Shown: piece by piece, positions 26,812 through 37,643 of the stretch
Numbering within the stretch: the stretch's first letter is position 1
Layout of the letters: each line of letters begins with the position of its first letter
Source of the DNA: Trichosphaerium sp. ATCC 40318
Taxonomy: Eukaryota > Protista > Tubulinea
Direction of reading: 5' to 3'
NCBI GenBank assembly: GCA_038496445.1
Contig: JALMLS010000353.1
Location: 62,001 to 126,000, forward strand
Length of the DNA stretch: 64,000 nt
Notes under the pieces: model-generated
Database searches by the model: none
Seen by the model: only the letters and a program-made list of their open reading frames with translations
What the model was told of the DNA's origin: nothing
Program-made: the position numbers and the translations under genes

Positions 26812-29800
26812 TCATTCAAAATTTACAATTGCAATTTTCTCTAGCTTTTTATGAGCCATAGCATCTAATCTACACAAGATAATTTTCTCTTTTTCAAGCT
26901 CAGGTCGACCAAAATTAGTGTAAATGTTGACTTTAACCTAAAATAAACATGTTAAGATTAAAATCGGAAAAAAAATCAAAGCTCAACCAAATATGTGAAC
27001 GCAGTCAAGTTGTACGTACTGTAATGCCATCAGTGAGAACTCTTTTTCCTGGAGAGAATAGACGAACGGAAATTGTATAGTCACCAGCCAAGGCTTCCCT
27101 TACCTACGCAAATAAAGTTAAACCCAAAATCCTATTGGTATGTTTTATTCACATACTGTATACTCAACAGGTCCATATCCTTGTGAAAAATCTCTTGATA
27201 GCATACCCCCGTTCTTTGTTGTGTTATTGAACGAATGACATTGTGTACCATCAGGCTAAAAATTAAGCAAGTAAGTAAAATGAGAAAAATATGAGAATTT
27301 GTTTTATTCTTACCTCTGTTATGAATAGCTCTACATCTGTCATATCTGTATCCCAAGTACATACAACACGCATATCAACGTTAAGAGGATTAGAAAGAAG
27401 AACATTAACATAATCAGGTAAGTTCTGTAGACGAAGTCCATGACATTTTTGAGCAATACTACACATATCCATCATACAAACCATCTCAACTTGACTAACA
27501 ACAGTAGTTAGTAAGAAACGAATAACATTATTTTAAACTCGTAAAACAAGGATTGCTTTGTCAAAAAGAAGATTTGTTTGTGGCCGTACTTGAAGCGTTC
27601 ATCCCATTTCTTTGTAACAATTTTTGATAATTCTTCTGTCGCTTCAAAATAAAGTCCTTTACGTGCTAGTGCATGTGAAAGGTCTCTGTGATTTTGAGGT
27701 TCTTCTGGACGCATTTCACACAGTCTCTTATACATGTGAATAGCTTCATCATTTTCACCATAAGCCTCAAGCAAGTATGCCATCATCCTGTACAAACAAA
27801 AAATGAGTACCAGACCTTTTTGTCTTGCGTTTTCTTCGCTCTTTGTATTTTTTTCTTTGTACCTCAAATACTTTGGTTGATCGATAGATATCTCTGCAAG
27901 ATTACTAGCAACGGACAAAGCTTGTTTGTTATAATTTCTTACAAAGCTGAACCAAGCAAGGTCAAAAGCAGTATTTACATCATATCTCATTGTAGCAATT
28001 TCGTTCTTCTGGTACAAGTTGAGAATACTACTCTCAGATGCCTACAGACTTTAGCCAAACTAATCAAACAACAAAACAAAGAAGTATTATTAGCTTGAAT
28101 AAAGACATGTGCGTACATTTGGTTGAAGTTGTTTAACATACTTTGAAGACATGTAATGTTCACAAACTTCTACAGTAAGTTTTCTTTGTTTTTTAGCTTT
28201 CATTGGTCCTTGAATGTATATGAAGGTCTATTCATAACATAGTAAGCAAAAAAGAGTGAGAGTATTAAACAACGTACATGTCTCTTTGTACTTAAACTCT
28301 CATGATTGTTTGAAACTTCGTCAGTAACACCCGAAATAGTTAAAGTCTGCGACATGTCTTTTAAGCTGTATCCTGTAAAGTCTAAGTAAAACAACACTGG
28401 TGCCTAATTATTGTTCTGGTACCTCTCGCAGCAAGTTCATAAGGTTCATAGTTGTCACTTGTAGGAGCTGGGGCAATGTACTTCTATAAATAATAGTCAA
28501 CAAAAACAGATTAAAAATTGTGATTGTCGTACATGATGCTCTGTACCAGAATGACGAGATTGGCTAATGTAATTAATTACTTAATTTGTTGTTAATAGGT
28601 ATTACGAACCGATAAGGAGGAGTGGTATTCTGGTAAGCATTTAAATTTGAGCTAAAATGAACAATACTTCTCATGTATGACTTTCTCCATATAAGAACAC
28701 CAACAAACAACCCACCAAGAACACCTATGACTACAGCGCCAATAGCAACGTCTATTTAAAAAATCCAAGTTAACTATCATTGGGTAATAATAGCTTGTGG
28801 TAACGCACAATAAGTCCATCCAAGTATCCACCAGAATAACCAAGAAGAAAAAGATACAACAGAAGAGAAGCTTGGAATCAGGTTCCATAAAAACAATATT
28901 GCATTGTACTGCCATCCAAAAGTATACTTCCAGGGTAATAGATACACTATTAATCCAACAGCAAAGAACATAATAATCCAAAAAACAAAAGAAAAAGAGG
29001 ATTGGCTTTTACGAGTTTTGTAATATCTTGGATCCATATTATCTAAAAAAATAAGAAAAATGTGAGAATTCAAACTTCTCTTGGAACAGTTGCCGTACAT
29101 CCTACAGTAGGTACTGGTTCATAAGATGCTGAACCCATTTTCATTTTTCTTGACTTCTTCTTGTACAAGGTGCGTGGTATATAATTAACAGAGCTTGATA
29201 CAGCTCCAGCAACATTACTGATTGCTCCACCAATTGCAGCTCCAACAGCACCTACCCACCTTCTTCTTCTCAGACGATTAGACTGTTTGCGAAACCTAAG
29301 ACTTGAAGACTGAAGGCTTTCGCTCTGAGCAACCAAGTCTTCTAAACGCTCTCCACGTTCCACAATCTTGTCTATACTTTGAACCATCTTAAAAATTTGT
29401 TAGTACACTTAGCTTAGATACTGAAAAGTTGTACCACTTCTTTAACATGTTCTATATTTGATTCAACATCAGCAATTTTGCTGTATTGTCTCCTACGTGG
29501 GCGCAATTTTGCTGCTCCCTTGCGACTGACTCGCTTCTTCTGTTTCCCTCCTCTAGTAGGTTTGTTTGATTTCTTTGGTGGAGGTGGTATGGCTGCACAG
29601 TCTTGGTCTCCTCCCCAGCCACCTGGTGCTGCAGAATAGGGCGTGGTCTGTGTTTTTAATCTTGACGATCGCCTAGGTGCAGGACAAGCTTGTGGTGCTG
29701 TTGTTGGTATCATAGATTTTCCTGCCGGTGGTGCTTGTGCACTTGAGAAAAGACTAGATACTCTTCCCAACATACTTTGGTTTTCGTTACTCATATATTT

Positions 29801-32800
29801 TAACAGGCTAGCATCAGCTTCTTCTGGTGCGATTTCTGGTTCTGGTTCTGGGAGTGGTGCCATATCACCATCATATAACCCGTCCTTTTCATCAATATCA
29901 TTCAGTGCCGTACTAATATCAGAACGACTATCTAATTCATCTGTCGGCGGTACATCATACATTTCACCGCCCAGTTCCTGCAAACAATCTTCCGTATTTT
30001 CATACTGTATCTTTGACTGTTCAATTGGGAGCGATTGTGATTGATCATTAAAGGTACCAAAGTCATCACTGTCATCATCAAAGAGCGATAAACCTGCTCC
30101 ACCTTCACCTTCACACTCAGAAGAATCTCTGCTATTAAAATCTGAAACAGGAGCTGGAACAGAAGCTGCAGCTAGAGATGTTGGAAAACTGGTTGGTAGG
30201 CTTGTTCGAGGGCGATATTCATCTCTAATGCCACCCAATAATGAAAGGCGCCTTTTTCCATCAGCTTTTTTTTCTCGTGCGTTGTTTAAAACAGGAGGCG
30301 GAGCAGGAGCTCCAGATGTCGGATAAATACTTGGTTTTTTAGGTATAGGGGCGTCGTCATCATCGTCATCATCGCCATCATCTCTATCATCGCTATCATC
30401 ACTACCATCGTCACCAAAGAAGGAGAATCCCATCTCACTGTCGGAATCAGTGTCACTTACTTCAGCAAAAGGATCAGGAGCTGCTGCGGCGGCGGCTACT
30501 GGTATTTCGTTTATACCCAATTTGACATCCTCAGGCCAAGTATCGTCAGATCCAAACAAATCAAAGCCCATATCTTCATCATCTTCTTCCTCTTGTTCGT
30601 CTTCATTATCAAAAAGATGTACTGGTAATTGTTGTTGTTGTTTTCTGTCGCTGACTACTAACTTGCTGATGTCTGGAGTGATTCGTTTCAGTTTCTTATC
30701 TGATTTCTTTCCTTTTTTTCCTTTTATTTTCTTTTCGACATCTGGAGTATCCTCTTTATCACGTGAAGATCTACGATTTCTTCGAACACTTAAAGGAGCA
30801 TCAGCTAATTTCACGCGCTTTTGTCTTTCAAGCTTCATCACCTCCTTCTAAGAACTAGGTGAGCAACACACAATGTTGTAAACAATAATATAGTACCATC
30901 TTTGTTTGAAGCTGAGTTGGTTTTGTATCTTCGATAGGTTCAGCTTCATTATGGCTCACCAAGTCAAGGTTGTCAAAGTCAAATTCGAAAGGACTGAATT
31001 CAAGCTCTTTTTGATTTTTTTCTTCACGTGGTACTGTTTGGTATTCCGAAACACGTTTCTCGAAAAAATTTGTAGACCCAGCAACGAACTTACTCTTTTT
31101 AAACTGAAGAGGAACATCAGCAATCTTGAAAGCTTGATTATAATCTGTTCCTAAACCGTCCATTTGTGTGAATGATTGGAAATGAAGCATTTGGTCCACT
31201 TTATCAAAATCAGACTGCTTGTAGCTCCACCTGTGTTAATGGTTAACGTAGTTGAACATAAACCAAACAATACTCACCATGTTTTTCGCCTTTCCCATAA
31301 ATTGAGAACTCTGTTTAATTTCTCGTATAGTTCGTTCTCTCTATGCTTCATCTTTTCTTCCATAATAGCAGCGTAACTGGAAACAAGATCAGGAAGAGAA
31401 GATGGTGGCTCAATCTCATATCTGATGTACTACACAGAATTAGAAATAGTTATCATTTATTTGTTGTTTTACCTGATCTAGAGTCTCAAGTACGATAAGC
31501 GATGCACCTTCAGTTACCAACGTGAACTCTTTTCCGACTTCCATTATTTTATCCTCTAAAGAATCATCGTCTTTAGCATCCAAAGTCAATTCTTCTATCT
31601 TCCTCTATTGAACAAAGTCAAAAAAGATATACATCATGTTGGGTAAAAGACTTACTTGAGCCCAGAATCTTGGCGCTAATCTGTCGTGATCTAATGAATC
31701 ACATAAAGGTAAATCGAATGTTACTGACTTTATAACTTCTCGCGAGGTAAAGTATCCATAATTGAGCTTGATTTTAACTGATTTGATAGCTTTTTTTGTT
31801 ATTGCTTTGGTATTTAATTTTGCTGAGATTTTAAAGTTTGATGTAATAGGTGTTCTTGCTGAAGGATATATCTATTACAAGTTATTCTGGGTTTACTTCT
31901 AAAGCCCTTTTACCTCTTCTATTATGTCTTTAGGATATTCAGCATACAAGAAACCAAACGTAGGTCGTGTCAAAATTGATGCAAAAGACGCTACGTTATA
32001 AGACTCATTCAAATTAAAAAATGATCCTCCGCTCTTTCTTGACCATAACCTTACTTTTGTTTAGATCCTGTAACATAATGAAATAATTGACGTACTTCAG
32101 TAGGGTGAAATTGGACTGTACAGATGCGCTGAAGAAGTGCACGGGAACTGAAAGAATAAGTACGGCCGCCAGTAAAATCGCTCCAACTCACCTTCAAACT
32201 TTGGCATTTCCTTAGATCCAACTGTATCCATCCCGTTTGTAAACGCCATGAAGAAATCGTATGCTTCGCCACTCGGCCCTTTAGCAGGAGCCTTTAGGAG
32301 ACTCATATTGGTACCTGAATAAAGGTTGGTAATTGTACAAAAAAAATAGCAAAGTACCGCCATCATAATGAAGAGTCCTTAGATACTGTATAAGATCACG
32401 TGTATTCTTTGAAGAAAACTTCTTTGGTGAAGTATCCATTGAAAATCCAAAAGAGTAAAGATGAATATTAAATGGATTAGAGCGAGATAATTGATCTACA
32501 ATTTTTCCTAGGGCTGTGAACGTTTTATCATCTTTTTGACTGCGAGACCTACAAACATACTACGTAAAAACAAACAGCATAAAACGGCTTGTACCTGTCC
32601 CAGTAAATGCCTACAGTTGAGAGTTTTCTTTGACGAGATGCGGAAGTTTTATGTTCGATATTATCACTGATGGCGAAGTAAGTGCCTACAAAGGTTAGTA
32701 AGGCGAACAAAACCAAAATATGGTTCAAAAAAAAAGTACCATCTTTGTGATATCCCGACGCAATGTGCGCTTGTGAATTGTTTTGATGACAAGGTATGAA

Positions 32801-33865
32801 CAAGGTCAAATCTTCATTTAGTTTCTGATTTTCACACGTGGCTTTAACAATTGTACATGTACGAGAACCAGAAATAATACATTTCTTAGAAAATGTGCCA
32901 TTACTCTTCACAATTGGAGTGCCAACCACTGTATCACATAGAATTTTAACCTTTATCAACGTGTCAATATTATCAAGCAAATAGCCAAGGAGTATCCGTA
33001 CGTTTAAGTCACATGTACGTGGTTTGCCATTAACGTTTAGCGGTAATTTGTATGTGTAGCCGTTATTAGCGTAAGGCAAATCGAGTGTATAGTGAACACG
33101 GACTGTTCGATATCCATTCGCAGGCACCGGATATACACGTGTTTTGAAGACATTACCTGCCTAATATTAAATAATAAGTACAGACTTGTCATCCAAAAGA
33201 ACAATAATCACGTGTCAAAAAAGTTTCTGTGTTTACACATACCACTTTCTCAATAATTGCAGGCCCACGTCTCTCATGGCGCACCTCTGTCTCAAAAGCA
33301 ACCCTAAAGAAGAGTAATCAAAAACAAGAAATAGTGCTGACGTTGACAAAAAAGGAAGAGGTGTAGATAAGGCACAGTTCTGTTACGTAACGTAAAATCA
33401 AAAAAAGAAAAAACACAAAACATTGCAGTTTTTATTTGAAAGTCGGCAGTACTTCTGCTGTCTAGGTGTTAGTTTTCGTACCTCGCTTTCTCTTTAGGGC
33501 ATATTACGCCTGGAACCATTTTACCGTTGACATCAATAGCGTATCCACAAACGCTGCTATCTAGTTTGCATTAGCGCTTATATAGCACTTAGGGCATTAA
33601 AGCGCTTCTAGAAGTACCTTCAGGCAAAGGCATAACAAGTTCGGCTTCAACGTCTTTCTTGCTATCGTTACGCCATTTCATTGTAAGTATAGTCTCTGTA
33701 TGCAGTTTTTAGCTTAAAACAGCACAATACATTTTAAACGCATAAAAAGAAACAAAATTAGTTAATCGTACCTGAGAGGAATTTGTTGACATTTGCTTGT
33801 ACATGTAGGCTGTCAAGGGCAAGTTTTGTACTTGTACCCTTAACAACTAACTCCAGCGTAGTCAT
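26812..33865 (-). CDS. VIT - vWA-like - long variable linker (with TM segments) - TPR - DUF2135/YfaP-like protein
   Basis: VIT: EAELVMPLP, GYAIDVNGKMVPGV, KARVAFETEVR…GP, FKTRVYPVPANGYRTVRV. Then GIYWD, FTNGMDT, RFWAQ, SLIVLETLDQYIRYEIEPP, WERRKTWW. C-terminus: RPEEPQNHRDL, DMRVVCTWDTDMTDVEL, SRDFSQGYGPVEY. Confidence 0.85.
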
Positions 33866-34276
33866 TTTACTATTTATAAACACACCACGTTGTATACGTG
33901 TTATAGACTTGTTGTGGTTCGAATTTCACTGATACTAAGACCGTCAACGTTTGCAATCAATAAGTCAAATGATTTACTTCACAGTCGATGAGAGTCAATG
34001 AGACAAAGCTTATCCATAATCAGTATTTTATAGCGACTTGTGACTTTCTTTCAACACGTGTGTACTGACAAGGGCAACAAAATTTCTCGAGAAACTTCTC
34101 TTCATTTTTTGGTCTTTTTTTTTAATTATCTAGTTACGTTACAGCAAGGAACCAACATCTAGTATACTGTGGGTATTTCTTGAGGTGCTAGCATAAGGTA
34201 ATTCTTGCCCAGGTACTGAGAAAGGGATTTATGTTGTTGCCTTTACAACCTATTTTACATTGTTTTGGGGTAATAG

Positions 34277-35044
34277 TTAGTTTTTAGAAACAGCGTCAGA
34301 AAGCCATTTAAGAGCTTCAAATAAATTATCACCCGTTGTGCATGAAGTGCCAATTATATGGGACTTTGGAGATGGTAATGCAGCCATGCCTATTTCATCT
34401 TTAACCTCTTCTACAGACATTGCTTCTTTCAAATCCTACAAAGTTCATTAAATGTCTTTGTAACAATCTCATTTGACAGCACCATCTTGTTTGCCAATAC
34501 AAGCACCACAGCATCTTTAAGCTCTTCTGCTCGTGTGAGTAGTTGTAGCTCAAGTGCAGCTTCATATTGTTGTCAGTAAGCTAGGCAAGGCGCATCACAG
34601 TTTACCTTTCTCCATTGATTCACGGTCAGTTGCATCAACAACAAATATTATAGCCTTTGCTCTACAGTAAGTAAGTACCAACTGTAGGCAATATATGACG
34701 TGTACCCTTTATAGTAGTGTTTATACAACAGCCTGAATTTCTCATCCAGTCCAAGTGTGAAACTGTTAAACGTTATTCTTTGAAGCATACCAAACACAAT
34801 ATGTTTGAGGGTACGTAATAAACTGCAGGTTCTTGTAATTGTTCTCTTGTACATTCAGGCCTGTATTTGGTATAAGTGCTAACTCGTTAAAACTTGTTTA
34901 GGGACCTATTGTTGGAATTGTAGTTATTGTATTCCCTAGGCGTAGTTTAAATATGAAACTGGTTTTTCCAGCGCCAGATAGGCCCAATAACAAAATGCGG
35001 ATAGTTTCTTGCTCAGGACTAAAGAATTTCACTGCGTTTCCCAT
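34277..35044 (-). CDS. ARF-family small GTPase with degenerate G3 motif
   Basis: MGN myristoylation start, [38 protein letters not shown]; FTLGLD replaces WDVGGQ. Confidence 0.85.
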
Positions 35045-36003
35045 GAACGACCGTATTAGTTGTCCTTCGTGCTAGAGGCGCCTTTATTGGCATTAAGTCA
35101 CAACAACTGAAAGAACAGCTAAACGTTTACGTACCGTCGTATTCTCTCACGTGAATACTAGCTCGGTATTTGGACGGGTAGGCTAACGATGAACCGGTTA
35201 TTAAAGCTTTTGACCCAAAACAAACCACAGACTGGGAAACGTACTCAAAGCTCTGTCAGACTACATTAACAACGTTCGAACATGAACCATCTTGGTAAGC
35301 GTGTTTTCACGCATGCCAAACCAATTTCTTTTCAAACCCTACTATCGAGTTCTCGAAAGCACTCACTTGTACACCACTACTGGTGAGGCTAAAACCACTG
35401 TTCGATAGAACTGATGCAAGCCAAAGATCGCGCGGTGTTTGGTATGGACTGAAGACCTCCTTTGCGTTCGTCTTGTGCTACAAGTCGTATTGTGGTTACG
35501 GTTTTAGCGATAACTGGAACCTTTTGATTCCAAAATCGGCAACGGCGCCTGTGACATATCTGAAGTAACCAAACAGCGTAAATCAAGGTTTGCTAGTATG
35601 TTTGCTAAAAAAAAGAGCGTAAACACTCAGTTTAATCGTTCTCTTGCTCGCAATTGAGTTGAATGCAATGGGGATAGGCGTTTTCGACAAAATGATACGA
35701 TTTTTGATCACCTTAAACCAGTTTCGCTATTTTTTTTTTATGATTGATAATTATTTGTCAAAAAGTGCTGAAATTTCAAGCCTTTTAGCCATTTATTAGC
35801 ATAATAGCAAACGCAACACAAGCAACGCACCTCAACAGCAACAAACATCCAAGTAACAGTACGTTTTCACCGTTTTTTAGCACTATTTACGTCGAAAACC
35901 TAAACCGCACCTCTCTTCCTTCCCTCAGAGCCTTGTGTACCTTGTTCTTGCTCTGTACTAGGTAGGAAACAAACCCAACTGATTTTGACTTTTACTAGAC
36001 ATC

Positions 36004-37353
36004 ATGGCAGAAAGGATTGAACTGTTCGTAAACGCTGAACCTGACCATGTTCTCCGCCGCATGCTTTTAGACGCAAAAGGGATCGGTGAAAAAACTGTGG
36101 AGCAAGTATTGGCACTTCGTCGTCAAGGAGGCGTCACTGTTTTTAACTTATCTTCTATTCGTTTGCACAAGCGCATACGTCAACATTTTATTGTCAAGTA
36201 CGAGACGCAGAAACCGTCCAATGATGGAACAAGCTTTTGCGCCTCTAAGAGCAGTGTTAGCCATCATACTGTGCCTCCAACTGCTCCAGTTCAATACAGT
36301 ATGCAGCAAGTTAGAAGACGTGCTCCAGGTACAGAGAACAAACTCATTCTGCATTGATAATAACTTGTGCGTAGGAACTGTGGTTACTCATCTCACCTGT
36401 ATTTGCACTAAAAAACTTGTATCGTTTGATAAGCTATCAGTACTGAACCATGAAGGAAAACATGTTGTTGTAACACCAAAATGCGTTGAAAAATCGATTT
36501 CAATGATAACTAGACGTCACGCTGACGCGTCTAAGATGTTTAAACTCCAGGATGTACACTGCATTCAGTGCATGAAAATTATTGGAAAAGTCCTAAAGCT
36601 TGGTACTTGTGGAACTAGTTTTTATTTTACTCTCTAACATGTTATAGACACTCTTCGTGTTTGCTTCAAGCAGGATATTGTTCAAGTAAGGGTAAAAAAG
36701 CACCGTAACCGCGTATATCATCATCCAGTAAAGAACTATATGCGTCAGATGCCAAAAGCTAGTACGAAGTTTTAATTGAACTTTATGTAAAGTTAACTGA
36801 CAAAATAGATGTCTGTGTTCAACCCGAATCTGTCTGCTACGACATAGTTCATGCTATAACTGAAGGAGTGAAGGGCATGAGACTGAGTGATGCATTTTTA
36901 AAAGTAGACAGTGTCGTAAGAGTAGAAGCTTTGGTTGATCATCCAACCAACAGAAGGGGAAGACTAATGACAAACATTGCCCGAAGGTATTAGTTATATT
37001 TCCTTTCTTGTATTAACAGTTGTTAAAGCGTACTGGAATCAGGAAGAATAGAATTGTGGTTAAAAGCTGATGCAGGAGATTTCCATGTGAAGAGATTTGA
37101 TATGGTGATACGTGACATGCTTAATGTTAGAGTTGTATCACCAAAAATATTCAAACTCATTGTACAGTTTCAACCAGATGTGGTTTATGTTTCTGAAGGC
37201 AATGAGCGTATTAGTGAGGTATCATTGAATGCATGGATGGAGCAAGTGTGCGCACGTGGTGCCTACAAGATAGCTTCTAAAACTTCTACTTATAACCAAG
37301 TAATACCTCCAAAAGTCAGCAACTCAATTAATGTTGTCATCGAGGACTTCTAA
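36004..37353 (+). CDS. Hypothetical protein: HhH-like N-terminus, Yippee-like Zn motif, possible KH-like C-terminus
   Basis: KGIGEKTVEQVLALR (HhH). An intron near 36329-36374 joins to CIC…DVHCIQCMKIIG. Further exons run to a stop at 37353. Confidence 0.5.
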
Positions 37354-37643
37354 CAAGAAAAACGCCAACTATCCATACATCATAAAATCAATGTAGTGTT
37401 TAGCTTCTGAGCTTAAAATCAATAAAACTTCATTGTCTTATTTATGTTCTTGTAATGGATTGACAATCTTACTTACTAAAGTGATCACTCTATTTCACCA
37501 GTTTGCAAGAAAAACTTGAACCAAACAACACCTTAAATATGAACTACTTGGTAGTGTACGCATGGTGCAACAACAGTGTAAGGTTTGTATTCAAATTTAT
37601 TTTTGAAAAAAGACACTAAACTAATTGAAGGAATGGTATGGTT

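Noticed and set aside
30855-31199. A separate ribonucleotide reductase small-subunit gene
   Set aside because: Only the tail is present, in frame with the VIT exons; no di-iron helices nearby.
35189-35586. Small spliced ORF, perhaps a mitochondrial protein
   Set aside because: No confident family match.
36004-36637. Apparent programmed frameshift between overlapping ORFs
   Set aside because: A GT-AG intron near 36329-36374 joins the frames.
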